A DNA stretch of 64,000 nucleotides, taken from the NCBI RefSeq assembly GCF_013122565.1, contig NZ_CP053258.1. One strand, 5' to 3'. The DNA is from Escherichia coli. Lineage in GTDB: Bacteria > Pseudomonadota > Gammaproteobacteria > Enterobacterales > Enterobacteriaceae. Both the position numbers and the translations under genes were made by a program. This document shows positions 47,076 through 57,775 of this stretch, one piece after another. Numbering within the stretch: position 1 is the first letter of the stretch; every line of letters starts with the position of its first letter. The notes beneath the pieces were generated by a model, which made no database searches, was not told where the DNA came from, and saw nothing but the letters and a program-made list of their open reading frames with translations.

Positions 47076-48836
47076 TTGACCATTACGAAACTTGCATGGC
47101 GTGACCTGGTTCCTGATACCGATAGCTATCAGGAAATATTTGCTCAGCCACATTTGATTGACGAAAACGATCCTTTATTCAGTGATACTCAACCGCGACT
47201 GCAATTTGCGCTGGAGCAGTTGCTGCATACGCGAGCATCCTCCTCTTTTATGCTGGCGAAGGCCCCGGAAGAGTCTGAGTATCTGAATCTTATTGCCGAT
47301 GCCGCGCGTACGCTACAAAGCGATGCAGGCCAACTGGTGGGCGGTCACTATGAGGTTTCCGGCCACTCCATCCGCTTACGTCACGCAGTGAGTGCAGATG
47401 ATAATTTTGCGACTTTAACGCAAGTTGTCGCTGCCGACTGGGTAGAAGCGGAGCAACTCTTTGGCTGCCTGCGCCAGTTTAATGGCGACATTACCCTGCA
47501 GCCTGGTCTGGTGCATCAGGCAAATGGCGGTATTCTCATCATCTCTTTGCGTACACTGCTGGCGCAACCTCTTCTGTGGATGCGGCTGAAAAATATCGTT
47601 AACCGCGAGCGTTTTGACTGGGTTGCGTTTGATGAGTCGCGCCCTCTCCCCGTCTCTGTGCCTTCGATGCCATTGAAGCTGAAAGTCATTCTGGTAGGCG
47701 AACGCGAATCATTGGCTGATTTCCAGGAGATGGAGCCAGAGCTTTCAGAGCAGGCTATTTATAGCGAATTTGAAGATACTCTGCAGATTGTCGATGCGGA
47801 GTCAGTAACCCAGTGGTGTCGCTGGGTGACATTTACCGCCAGACATAATCACTTACCTGCACCGGGAGCGGATGCCTGGCCGGTACTTATCCGCGAAGCA
47901 GCACGCTACACCGGTGAACAAGAAACGCTGCCGCTTAGCCCGCAGTGGATCCTCCGCCAGTGTAAAGAGGTCGCCTCCCTGTGTGATGGCGACACCTTCT
48001 CCGGCGAGCAGCTAAACTTAATGCTACAGCAGCGTGAATGGCGCGAAGGTTTCCTCGCTGAACGCATGCAGGATGAGATCCTTCAGGAGCAAATCCTGAT
48101 TGAAACCGAAGGCGAACGCATCGGGCAAATTAACGCCCTTTCGGTCATTGAATTTCCGGGTCATCCACGCGCTTTTGGCGAACCTTCTCGCATTAGCTGC
48201 GTTGTGCATATTGGCGATGGTGAATTCACCGACATCGAGCGCAAAGCGGAGCTTGGCGGCAATATCCATGCGAAAGGGATGATGATCATGCAGGCGTTCC
48301 TGATGTCGGAACTACAGCTTGAGCAACAGATCCCCTTCTCAGCATCGCTGACATTTGAGCAGTCATACAGTGAAGTTGATGGAGATAGTGCCTCGATGGC
48401 TGAACTCTGCGCCCTGATAAGCGCCCTCGCCGATGTGCCGGTGAATCAGAGTATCGCTATCACAGGTTCAGTCGATCAGTTCGGTCGCGCCCAGCCGGTC
48501 GGTGGTTTAAATGAGAAAATCGAAGGCTTCTTTGCTATTTGCCAGCAACGTGAGTTAACCGGGAAACAAGGTGTCATTATCCCCACAGCTAACGTTCGCC
48601 ATTTAAGTCTTCACAGTGAACTGGTGAAAGCAGTAGAAGAAGGCAAATTCACCATCTGGGCAGTAGACGATGTGACTGACGCACTGCCGTTATTATTAAA
48701 TCTGGTGTGGGATGGCGAAGGCCAAACGACGCTGATGCAAACCATCCAGGAACGTATCGCGCAAGCATCGCAACAGGAAGGACGTCACCGTTTTCCATGG
48801 CCATTACGTTGGCTGAACTGGTTTATTCCGAACTGA
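47076..48836 (+). CDS. ycbZ: Lon-like protease YcbZ (S16 peptidase domain, no P-loop seen)
   Basis: 586 aa from TTG start, (M)[21 protein letters not shown]...; Lon Ser-Lys dyad context [10 protein letters not shown] and GGLNEKIEG. Confidence 0.88.
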
Positions 48837-48847
48837 TCGGACTTGTT
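48831..48847 (+). promoter_or_regulatory. FadR operator of fabA
   Basis: AACTGATCGGACTTGTT, match to FadR consensus AACTGGTCNGACCTGTT; overlaps ycbZ stop codon. Confidence 0.7.
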
Positions 48848-48848
48848 C

Positions 48849-48866
48849 AGCGTACACGTGTTAGCT
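48849..48866 (+). promoter_or_regulatory. FabR operator of fabA
   Basis: Palindrome AGCGTACACGTGTTAGCT immediately downstream of the FadR site. Confidence 0.6.
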
Positions 48867-48904
48867 ATCCTGCGTGCTTCAATAAAATAAGGCTTACAGA
48901 GAAC

Positions 48905-49423
48905 ATGGTAGATAAACGCGAATCCTATACAAAAGAAGACCTTCTTGCCTCTGGTCGCGGTGAACTGTTTGGCGCTAAAGGCCCGCAATTGCCAGCACCG
49001 AACATGCTGATGATGGACCGTGTGGTCAAAATGACCGAAACGGGTGGTAACTTCGACAAAGGGTATGTTGAAGCAGAACTGGATATCAATCCGGATCTGT
49101 GGTTCTTCGGATGCCACTTTATTGGCGATCCGGTTATGCCGGGATGCCTGGGCCTGGACGCGATGTGGCAGCTGGTAGGGTTCTACCTCGGCTGGCTGGG
49201 CGGCGAAGGTAAAGGCCGCGCGCTGGGCGTTGGCGAAGTGAAATTCACTGGTCAGGTACTGCCGACAGCGAAAAAAGTGACCTACCGTATTCACTTTAAA
49301 CGCATTGTTAATCGTCGTCTGATTATGGGTCTGGCAGATGGCGAAGTGCTGGTTGATGGTCGTCTGATCTATACCGCCAGCGACCTGAAAGTCGGTCTGT
49401 TCCAGGATACGTCTGCCTTCTGA
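48905..49423 (+). CDS. fabA: 3-hydroxydecanoyl-ACP dehydratase/isomerase FabA
   Basis: 172 aa [40 protein letters not shown]...; hot-dog fold His in [10 protein letters not shown]. Confidence 0.95.
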
Positions 49424-49448
49424 TTATAATCAGACAGAGTATCAAAAG

Positions 49449-49480
49449 GCGAAACCTCCGCAATGCGGAGGTTTCTTTTT
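49449..49480. terminator. Intrinsic terminator between convergent fabA and rmf
   Basis: GAAACCTCCGC-AAT-GCGGAGGTTTC hairpin followed by TTTTT. Confidence 0.65.
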
Positions 49481-49492
49481 AAAGAGACAGAA

Positions 49493-49660
49493 TCAGGCCA
49501 TTACTACCCTGTCCGCCATGGCTTCTCGCCAGCCTCCCAGCCATTGTGACCTTTGATTCAGCGTCTGATAGGGACACATTTCTTTTGAGCGTCCGGCGAT
49601 GCCGGCCTGATAACCACGTTGATGTGCCCGTTCCAGGCGATCTCGTTTTTGTCTCTTCAT
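49493..49660 (-). CDS. rmf: Ribosome modulation factor
   Basis: Hand translation MKRQKRDRLERAHQRGYQAGIAGRSKEMCPYQTLNQRSQWLGGWREAMADRVVMA (55 aa). Confidence 0.85.
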   Translation of the reverse strand: MKRQKRDRLERAHQRGYQAGIAGRSKEMCPYQTLNQRSQWLGGWREAMADRVVMA

Positions 49661-49915
49661 GCCTCGTTTCCCTCATACTGGTTTCTGGTGGAAAAGAAAA
49701 CAGTGATTACTAAATGTGCAATCACAGTTAAGCAATACCGCGAATCATAACTGCCGTCAATGCGCAAAATTCACGCCACTGTCATATTTGTGAGCTACAC
49801 GGGCATGTCAGTTGTACAAAAAATGTGAAGAGGAACAACTTTTTCTGCACGTTAGAAACAAAAAAACCGCCTCAGGCAACATACCGGAGACGGTTATATT
49901 TACAAATCTTTATAA

Positions 49916-50479
49916 TTAAGGTAGACGCTTTATCTCTTGTGCAATAGAAGCGGCTTCCTGACTCCAGACACTGGCCAGCACTTTGACCATGTCATCGTAA
50001 CCATCCTGCGTTTGCACCCCTTCCAGACGGAACGGACGTTTGATCAGTTGTCCCTGGTGGTTCAACAGCCACTCCCCACTGACAATGACCTTGCCATCAT
50101 AGCGACCGTTAAACTCCGTTACGGTAACATTGAGCGTGTCCTGGGCGCTTCCCAGAGGCTGGGAGGCAACCACCCAGCCGGGCAGTTGCGTGCTCAGGTT
50201 GGCTACCAGGGTGTTGCGCAACTGTTGATCCAACGGGCTGGCCCACAAGTTGTTGTTGGCAATCACATACTTCACATCACTGGTTTGATAAACCACACCA
50301 TTCCCCGCCAGATAGTCAGGTACAGCGACCTGCTCTACCCATAACAGGCGATTACCCTGGCTGGCGGTACTTTGTGTACCGCTCTGCACCACAGGTAACT
50401 GGTAATAGTTTTTATTAATTTCGCCGGAGCTGCATCCGGCCAGCCACAGTGCTGCAATCGTCACTAGCCACTTTTTCAT
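49916..50479 (-). CDS. pqiC: Lipoprotein PqiC (YmbA), paraquat-inducible MCE-system component
   Basis: 187 aa MKKWLVTIAALWLAGCSSGEINKNYYQLPV... lipobox LAGC. Confidence 0.92.
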   Translation of the reverse strand: MKKWLVTIAALWLAGCSSGEINKNYYQLPVVQSGTQSTASQGNRLLWVEQVAVPDYLAGNGVVYQTSDVKYVIANNNLWASPLDQQLRNTLVANLSTQLPGWVVASQPLGSAQDTLNVTVTEFNGRYDGKVIVSGEWLLNHQGQLIKRPFRLEGVQTQDGYDDMVKVLASVWSQEAASIAQEIKRLP

Positions 50480-52116
50480 TGTTTCGCCCTCTTCGGCTCT
50501 GGATCTTTTTTGTCCTTCGCTTCAAATACCAGCGCGTTACTCTTCTCGTTGAGCGTTTTCAGCACCGGTTGCAGTTCTCGCAACACCTGATCAAGGCGCT
50601 GCATATCCGCCACCATCTTGTTGTAGGCTGCGGAGCCAGGCTGGAAGCCCTGCATGCTGCGATTCAATTCACGCAACGTTGACTGCATATCCGTCGGCAA
50701 TTGCTGCATCGACTGGCTGGCGAGGATCTTGTTCATGCTATCCAGCGTCGTTTGCAGGTTTTTCATTGTGCGCTGACTTTCAGAAAGCGTACTGGTTGCC
50801 TGTTCAATCATCGGATTCAGTGGCAGTTTGTTGATCTTATCCAACGCTTCCATCAGTCGTTGCTGGATTTGCGCCAGGCCGCCGCTAACGGTCGGGATAA
50901 TCTGATAACCATTAAATTCACGAATACCGGTTATTGCAGGCGTATTTGGATAGAAATCGAGATCAACATACAGTGCGCCAGTGACCAGGTTTCCGGTTTT
51001 CAGCGATCCGCGTAAACCACGTTTCAACAATTCGCCAAGGTGCTCAACAACATCCGCATTTTCGCCAAGCTGCATTTTCAGCCGCTCTGGCTCGATACGA
51101 ATCAGCACCGGAATACGGTAATCATCGTTAAATGTCTGACGCATATTCGGCGCAAAGAATGGCACTTTGCTTACGGTACCCAGGCGAATACCCCGGAATT
51201 CTACCGGAGCTCCCGGTTGCAGACCGCGTACCGAATCTTTAAAGAACATCAGATAATCAATGTGATCGGTGTACAACGAATCCTGAATGCTCTTCTGATC
51301 ATCATACAAAACGAAAGCTGTTTTCGGTGCCACTGGCTGCCCTAAATCCAGACCTTCCGGCACATCAAAGCTGACACCGCCACTCAGCAGCGTTGTCAAT
51401 GAGCCCATCTCCACACGCATTCCCGCTGACGTCAGATCAACCGCAATGCCACTATCTTTCCAGAAGCGAACATTGCTGGTCACCAGTCGGTCATAAGGTG
51501 CATTGATGAACAGTTGATAGCTGATATTGCGTTTTTGTGTATCGAAGGTGCTGGTTTCAACCGAACCTACCCGATAGCCACGGAACAGCACCGGATCTCC
51601 TGGCGAGAGCTGCCCGGCTTTTTTGCTATCGAGAATCACACGGATACCTTTCGCATCAGGCGGGGCCAACGGTGGCGAGTCCAGCAAATCGTATTTATCC
51701 ATTTTGCTGCCTTTCGCGCCTGGCTGCAGTTCGATATAAACCCCAGACAGCAGCGTTCCCAGACCGCTAATCCCTTCTCGACCAATCTGCGGTTTCACCA
51801 CCCAAAAGACGGTATCTTTATGCAGCAATTTTTCCATACCGGAATTCAGCCGCGCTTTGATTTCAACGTGTGTCAAATCATCAGCCAGTGTGGCGCTTTC
51901 AACCACGCCGACGTCAACGCTACGGCTTTTAATGGTGGTTTTGCCACCTTCAATTCCTTCCGCATTCGCGGTGATCAGGGTCACTTCCGGTCCCTGATGG
52001 CTGTAATGATAAAAAAGAACCCAGGCCCCAATGAGCGCCGTGACGATAGGAAATATCCACACGGGAGACCAGTTCTTCACTTTCTGGATTTTGGCTTCCC
52101 CATTATTAGATTCCAT
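50476..52116 (-). CDS. pqiB: Paraquat-inducible protein B (multi-MCE-domain periplasmic protein)
   Basis: 546 aa MESNNGEAKIQKVKNWSPVWIFPIVTALIGAWVLFY... Confidence 0.93.
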   Translation of the reverse strand: MESNNGEAKIQKVKNWSPVWIFPIVTALIGAWVLFYHYSHQGPEVTLITANAEGIEGGKTTIKSRSVDVGVVESATLADDLTHVEIKARLNSGMEKLLHKDTVFWVVKPQIGREGISGLGTLLSGVYIELQPGAKGSKMDKYDLLDSPPLAPPDAKGIRVILDSKKAGQLSPGDPVLFRGYRVGSVETSTFDTQKRNISYQLFINAPYDRLVTSNVRFWKDSGIAVDLTSAGMRVEMGSLTTLLSGGVSFDVPEGLDLGQPVAPKTAFVLYDDQKSIQDSLYTDHIDYLMFFKDSVRGLQPGAPVEFRGIRLGTVSKVPFFAPNMRQTFNDDYRIPVLIRIEPERLKMQLGENADVVEHLGELLKRGLRGSLKTGNLVTGALYVDLDFYPNTPAITGIREFNGYQIIPTVSGGLAQIQQRLMEALDKINKLPLNPMIEQATSTLSESQRTMKNLQTTLDSMNKILASQSMQQLPTDMQSTLRELNRSMQGFQPGSAAYNKMVADMQRLDQVLRELQPVLKTLNEKSNALVFEAKDKKDPEPKRAKQ

Positions 52117-52120
52117 ACTG

Positions 52121-53374
52121 TCAGGACTCCTCATGCTCTGATTCAGGTTGACGATCCCACGACAAACGCGGGTCAAACGTCATAGCAGAAAACATTGTCA
52201 TTATGACGACTAAAGCAAACATTAATGCACCCATTGCCGGATAAATACTCATTAAACCTCCCATACGCACCAGCGCCGAGAGCACCGCGATAACGAAAAC
52301 GTCAATCATCGACCAGCGGCCTACAAACTCAACAACTTCATAAATCAAATGCATTCTTTCACTGTCGCGCTTGCCATGCCCTTTGGCATCCCAACACAGC
52401 CACGCGATGGCGATCATCTTTAACGTTGGCACCATAATACTGGCCAGAAAGATCACCGCAGCGACGGGATAAGAGCCTTCGCTCCATAACAGGATGACCC
52501 CAGCGAGAATCGTCGATGGCATCTTCGAGCCTAATAAATCCGTCACCATGATGGGCAAAATATTAGCCGGAAGATACAGCATGATGGACGTAACAAGCAG
52601 CGCGAGTGTCCATTGCAGGCTGTTTCTACGCCGAACGTACCCTTTGGTACTACAACGCGGGCACACGGGTTCATCAGCAGGAAGGATTGCCGTACAACAG
52701 GAGCACGAACGAAGCCCCTGACGTATCCCCGTGACGCCTGGTTTTAGCGGCTGGCGCAGTTCTGGCATCGGGGCGATATCGTCCCATAACCAGCGACGAT
52801 CAACGCACTGAAAAGCGCGCAGTTGCAGGACACAAAATAAACACCAGGGGAGAAAGCTGCTGCCTACGCCAATGCTGCCGTAAGCCATCAGTTTAACGAA
52901 ACTGACCAGCACACCAGCGAGGAAAATCTCCGCCATTCCCCAGGTTTTGAGTTGAAAAAGCACCCGTGCCAGTTGCTCTTTTAAACGGACCGGTAATTCC
53001 GCGCGATTCACCAGTAACAGAATGGTTATCAGACAAAACGCGGGAACCAGTTGCACAAACAACAGGAAAAAGGTGCCGAGGCTGGCGTAGTCCTCAGAAA
53101 AAAGCACGCCGGGAATTTCCAGTAATGTAATTTCACTGGTAACTCCTGCAACGTTCATATTCACAAAAGGAAACAAGTTGGACAGCAACAGCATGAACAG
53201 TGCAGCCAACGCATAGGCGGTAGGACGCTGCCGAGGGGCATCCCACGCCACGGTTAACGTTGTGCCACACCGGGGACATGCCGCTTTCTGACCATGCTCA
53301 AGGCGCGGTAACGCCACCAGCATGTCACACTGCGAGCACAGGATGTGCTTCGCGGCATGATGATGTTCGCACAT
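52121..53374 (-). CDS. pqiA: Paraquat-inducible protein A (inner membrane)
   Basis: 417 aa MCEHHHAAKHILCSQCDMLVALPRLEHGQKAACPRCG... Confidence 0.93.
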   Translation of the reverse strand: MCEHHHAAKHILCSQCDMLVALPRLEHGQKAACPRCGTTLTVAWDAPRQRPTAYALAALFMLLLSNLFPFVNMNVAGVTSEITLLEIPGVLFSEDYASLGTFFLLFVQLVPAFCLITILLLVNRAELPVRLKEQLARVLFQLKTWGMAEIFLAGVLVSFVKLMAYGSIGVGSSFLPWCLFCVLQLRAFQCVDRRWLWDDIAPMPELRQPLKPGVTGIRQGLRSCSCCTAILPADEPVCPRCSTKGYVRRRNSLQWTLALLVTSIMLYLPANILPIMVTDLLGSKMPSTILAGVILLWSEGSYPVAAVIFLASIMVPTLKMIAIAWLCWDAKGHGKRDSERMHLIYEVVEFVGRWSMIDVFVIAVLSALVRMGGLMSIYPAMGALMFALVVIMTMFSAMTFDPRLSWDRQPESEHEES

Positions 53375-53504
53375 TGGTACTCCTTAATGATGCGCTATTT
53401 TACAGATGACTAACAAAGTGTTGGTTTTTCATGCCTGATAAACCCAGTTCATCAGGCAATTTTACCGTTGTCAGCTGTCTCTGTTTAAATCGACTATTTT
53501 GCGA

Positions 53505-55412
53505 TCAGCCACCATTTTTTAACGCTTCAAGATACTCCCAGCGTTCAAAGGCTTGCTCCAGTTCCTGTTCTGCGGCAGCCATATCAGCGAGCACTTTTTG
53601 CGTCTGCTCATGCGGCTGACTGAAGAAGGAAGCATCCGCCACCTGCGTCTGTAGGGCTTCCAGCTTCGCCTCCAGATCTTCGAGCAATTGCGGTAGCTGT
53701 TCCAGTTCGCGCTGCAATTTATAGCTTAGTTTGCTACTGCTGCGTTTTACAGTTTCTGCTTTTGGCGCGGCGGTTTCTTCGGTTTTTTTCACCGCAGGCT
53801 GTTTGAGCGCCACATACTGTTCTTGCTGACCACGGGCATCATGATAACCGCCGACATAACGACCAATTTTACCGCCGCCTTCGAAGATCCAGCATTCTGT
53901 AACGGTGTTATCGACAAACTGACGATCGTGGCTAACCAGCAATACCGTGCCCTGATAGCTGTCGATCAGTTCTTCCAGCAGTTCCAGCGTTTCGACATCA
54001 AGATCGTTGGTCGGTTCGTCAAGAATCAATAAGTTGCTTGGTTTGAGGAACAAACGCGCCAGCAGCAAGCGGTTCCGCTCACCGCCAGAAAGCGCACGTA
54101 CCGGCGTCATCGCCCGTTTCGGATGGAACAGGAAGTCCTGCAAATAGCCCAATACGTGGCGTGGCTTGCCGTTAACCATTACCTCTTGCTTACCTTCGGC
54201 AAGGTTATCCATCACCGTTTTATCGGGATCAAGTTCCGCGCGGTGCTGATCGAAATAAGCCACTTCCAGTTTGGTGCCAACGTGAATACGCCCGCTGTCC
54301 GCTTGAAGCTGACCGAGCATCAGTTTCAGCAGCGTGGTTTTGCCGCACCCATTCGGACCAATCAGGGCAATTTTGTCGCCACGTAGAACCTGGGCCGAAA
54401 AATCTTTCACCAGTTGCTTACCGTCAACCTGGTAGCAAACGTCTTCCATTTCGAAAACGATCTTACCGGAGCGGCTGGCCTCTTCCACCTGCATCTTTGC
54501 GGTACCCATCACTTCGCGACGTTCACCACGCTCGCGACGCATCGCTTTCAGGGCGCGTACGCGGCCTTCATTACGGGTACGGCGTGCTTTGATCCCCTGG
54601 CGGATCCACACCTCTTCCTGCGCCAGTTTGCGATCGAACTCGGCATTTTGTAGTTCTTCCACGCGCAGGGCTTCTTCTTTTTCCAGCAGGTACTGGTCGT
54701 AATTGCCGGGATAAGTCACTAACTTGCCGCGATCGAGATCAACAATACGCGTTGCCATATTGCGGATAAACGAACGGTCGTGGGAGATGAAAATAATCGT
54801 CCCGTTGAAAGTTTTCAAAAACCCTTCCAGCCAGTCGATGGTTTCAATATCCAGGTGGTTTGTCGGTTCATCAAGCAACAGCACGCGCGGATTACTCACC
54901 AGCGCGCGTCCTAATGCCGCTTTACGCAACCAGCCGCCGGAAAGCGACGACAGCGCAACGTTAGGATCTAACCCCAGTTGCGCCAGCACTTCGTTGATGC
55001 GGTTTTCCAGTTGCCACAGATTATGATGATCCAGCTGTTCCTGTACTTTCGCCAGTTCGTTGAGATTTTTCTCGCTCGGGTCGTTCATCACCAGGCGCGA
55101 AATATCGTGATAGCGTTTCAGGTACTCGGCCTGCTCTTCGATACCTTCGGCAACGAAATCATAAACGCTGCCCTCAACGTTACGCGGCGGATCCTGTTGC
55201 AGACGAGCCACAATCAAATCTTGCTCGTAAATAATGCGCCCGTCATCCAGCCCCTGTTCACGGTTGAGGATCTTCATTAACGTCGATTTGCCCGCGCCGT
55301 TACGGCCTACCAGACAAACACGTTCGTTATCTTCGATATGCAGTTCTGCGTTATCGAGAAGCGGCGCGTCGCTGAACGACAGCCATGCGCCATGCATACT
55401 GATTAATGACAT
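53505..55412 (-). CDS. uup: ABC-F family ATPase Uup
   Basis: 635 aa MSLISMHGAWLSFSDAPLLD...; two Walker A motifs (GRNGAGKST, GPNGCGKTT). Confidence 0.95.
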   Translation of the reverse strand: MSLISMHGAWLSFSDAPLLDNAELHIEDNERVCLVGRNGAGKSTLMKILNREQGLDDGRIIYEQDLIVARLQQDPPRNVEGSVYDFVAEGIEEQAEYLKRYHDISRLVMNDPSEKNLNELAKVQEQLDHHNLWQLENRINEVLAQLGLDPNVALSSLSGGWLRKAALGRALVSNPRVLLLDEPTNHLDIETIDWLEGFLKTFNGTIIFISHDRSFIRNMATRIVDLDRGKLVTYPGNYDQYLLEKEEALRVEELQNAEFDRKLAQEEVWIRQGIKARRTRNEGRVRALKAMRRERGERREVMGTAKMQVEEASRSGKIVFEMEDVCYQVDGKQLVKDFSAQVLRGDKIALIGPNGCGKTTLLKLMLGQLQADSGRIHVGTKLEVAYFDQHRAELDPDKTVMDNLAEGKQEVMVNGKPRHVLGYLQDFLFHPKRAMTPVRALSGGERNRLLLARLFLKPSNLLILDEPTNDLDVETLELLEELIDSYQGTVLLVSHDRQFVDNTVTECWIFEGGGKIGRYVGGYHDARGQQEQYVALKQPAVKKTEETAAPKAETVKRSSSKLSYKLQRELEQLPQLLEDLEAKLEALQTQVADASFFSQPHEQTQKVLADMAAAEQELEQAFERWEYLEALKNGG

Positions 55413-55423
55413 TACTATTCCTT

Positions 55424-57532
55424 TCAGGCTGCGGTAATCAGCCAGCAGTTGTGGATCTGGCGGTTACGGGCGAAATCCTGAGAGAGCGTTTTTTGCGTAA
55501 TTTCTTGTGCTTTCAGTCCCAGTTTTGCCAGGCCGTCGAGATCCATACGGAAGCCACGTTTGTTGTTCGAGAACATGATCGTCCCACCTGCACGCAGCAG
55601 ACGTTTCAAATCTTTCATCAGCGCCAGATGATCGCGCTGAACATCAAACGCATCTTCCATTCGTTTTGAGTTAGAGAAGGTTGGCGGATCGATAAAGATC
55701 AGATCGAACTGTTCATTTGCCTCACGCAGCCACGCCAGGCAGTCGGCCTGAATCAGGCGATGCGCACGCCCGGTCAGGCCATTCAGACGCAGGTTGCGTT
55801 CTGCCCACTCCAGATAAGTACGCGACATATCCACGGTGGTGGTGCTGCGTGCACCGCCTAATCCCGCATGCACGGTGGCGCTGCCGGTATAAGAGAACAG
55901 GTTGAGAAAATCTTTGCCTTTGCTCATCTGACCGAGCATACGACGGGCGATACGGTGATCGAGGAACAGACCGGTATCGAGGTAATCCGTCAGGTTCACC
56001 CACAAGTGAGCGTTATATTCGGTAACTTCAAGAAACTCGCCCTTCTCGCCCAGTTTCTGGTACTGGTTTTTGCCCTTCTGGCGTTCACGGGTTTTCAGCA
56101 CCAGTTTGTTTGGCGCAATCCCCAGTACCGAAATGGTTGCAGCGATAATATCGAACAGACGCTGACGCGCTTTGTGCGCATCAATAGTTTTTGGCGGCGC
56201 ATACTCCTGCACCACCACCCAGTCGGCATAACGGTCAACGGCAACGTTATATTCTGGCAGATCGGCGTCATACAGGCGGTAACATTCAATCCCTTCCTGG
56301 CGAGCCCACTTCTCGAATTTTTTGAGGTTCTTACGCAGGCGGTTGGCGTAGTCTTCCGCTACCATCGCCGGTTTGCTGTCTGGAGTGCTTTCGGCAACGT
56401 GGTAATTTTTCTGTACACAGTCCAGCGGGCCGTTTTTCGCCTTGTACTGTTTGTCTGCACGCAGCTGCAAGCAGCTTAGCAGATCCGGCGAGGCACTAAA
56501 CAAAGAGAGATTCCAGCCACCAAACTGGTTTTTCATGATCCGACCCAGCAGGCTATGCAGCGCAATCAGCGCCGGTTCGCTGTCCAGACGTTCACCGTAT
56601 GGCGGGTTGCTCAACACTGTACCGTACGGCCCTTTCGGCAGCGGATTGGTCAGTTGCGCGACATCTTTCACCTCAAAGGTGATCAGTTCACCAATCCCCG
56701 CAAGACGGGCGTTAGTGCGCGCACGTTGAATCACCCGTGCGTCGCTGTCCGAACCGTAAAAATGAGAGCTATACTCAGCCAGGCCTTTACGGGCGCGAGT
56801 TTGCGCTTCCGCTTTCACTTCCTGCCAGATAGCTTCATCATGCTGCGCCCAGCCGCTAAAGCCCCAACGCCCACGGTGCAAGCCTGGTGCGCGATCGGTC
56901 GCCAGCATCGCCGCTTCAATCAGCAACGTACCGGAACCACACATCGGATCAAGCAGCGGTGTTCCTGGCTGCCAGCCAGATCGCATCACAATAGCGGCTG
57001 CCAGGGTTTCTTTGATCGGCGCAATACCAGCACGATCGCGATAGCCACGCAGATGTAAACCATCACCACTCAGATCAAGGGCGATACTGGCGGTTTCTTT
57101 ATGCAGCCAGACGTTAACGCGGATATCCGGCGCATCGCGATCAACATTTGGACGCGGCAGATTTTTCCGCGTGAAAGCATCGACGATCGCGTCTTTCACT
57201 TTCATCGCGCCGTACTGACTGTTGCGGATGGTGTCATTCAAACCACTGAAGTGGACAGCGAAGGTCGCGCCAGGATTAAACATCTCTGTCCAGTTGATCG
57301 CCTGAACACCGAGATAGAGGTCTAAATCGCTGTAAACCTTACACTCGCCCAGCGGCAACATAATACGCGAGGCCAGGCGGCTCCACATCAGGCTCTGGTA
57401 AACAAGCCGTGTGTCGCCCTTGAAATGGACCCCACCCTGAACCACCTGGCATTCAACGGCCCCCAGGTTTTCCAGTTCAGTTTTTAACAGCTCTTCCAGC
57501 CCACGGGCCGTACTGGCAAACAGAGAATTCAT
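55424..57532 (-). CDS. rlmL: Bifunctional 23S rRNA methyltransferase RlmKL
   Basis: 702 aa [40 protein letters not shown]... Confidence 0.94.
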   Translation of the reverse strand: MNSLFASTARGLEELLKTELENLGAVECQVVQGGVHFKGDTRLVYQSLMWSRLASRIMLPLGECKVYSDLDLYLGVQAINWTEMFNPGATFAVHFSGLNDTIRNSQYGAMKVKDAIVDAFTRKNLPRPNVDRDAPDIRVNVWLHKETASIALDLSGDGLHLRGYRDRAGIAPIKETLAAAIVMRSGWQPGTPLLDPMCGSGTLLIEAAMLATDRAPGLHRGRWGFSGWAQHDEAIWQEVKAEAQTRARKGLAEYSSHFYGSDSDARVIQRARTNARLAGIGELITFEVKDVAQLTNPLPKGPYGTVLSNPPYGERLDSEPALIALHSLLGRIMKNQFGGWNLSLFSASPDLLSCLQLRADKQYKAKNGPLDCVQKNYHVAESTPDSKPAMVAEDYANRLRKNLKKFEKWARQEGIECYRLYDADLPEYNVAVDRYADWVVVQEYAPPKTIDAHKARQRLFDIIAATISVLGIAPNKLVLKTRERQKGKNQYQKLGEKGEFLEVTEYNAHLWVNLTDYLDTGLFLDHRIARRMLGQMSKGKDFLNLFSYTGSATVHAGLGGARSTTTVDMSRTYLEWAERNLRLNGLTGRAHRLIQADCLAWLREANEQFDLIFIDPPTFSNSKRMEDAFDVQRDHLALMKDLKRLLRAGGTIMFSNNKRGFRMDLDGLAKLGLKAQEITQKTLSQDFARNRQIHNCWLITAA

Positions 57533-57775
57533 ATCGTCACTTTTACTCTAAGAGCCCACCGCAGTAGGCGTAATTGTTGCAGTCAGTCTGAACATGGACA
57601 GCGCGGAGAAACCGGAGCGTACACAAGTACGTGAGGATTTCGAGCACAACCCAGGGCCAAACTGACAAATAAAATAGCCTAATGGGACAGGCGCTAAGAA
57701 AATTGTTGCGCATTATAGCTAATAAGCGCGTCATGTCATAAAGTTGAGGGCTTATTTTCATTTGAGGACCGCACC

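Noticed and set aside
49479-49676. 65-aa ORF (MRETRHEET...) overlapping rmf in another frame
   Set aside because: The rmf frame gives the well-known 55-aa ribosome modulation factor sequence; the longer ORF is a frame artefact.
53441-53470. Inverted repeat GCCTGATAAACCCAGTTCATCAGGC between pqiA and uup as a terminator or REP
   Set aside because: Not followed by a U-run on either strand and not a typical REP sequence; possibly a regulator binding site, but I cannot assign it.
57533-57775. 243-bp rlmL-ycbX divergent intergenic region as a possible sRNA or mobile-element scar
   Set aside because: No inverted repeats, terminator or conserved sRNA sequence that I recognise; consistent with two divergent promoters.
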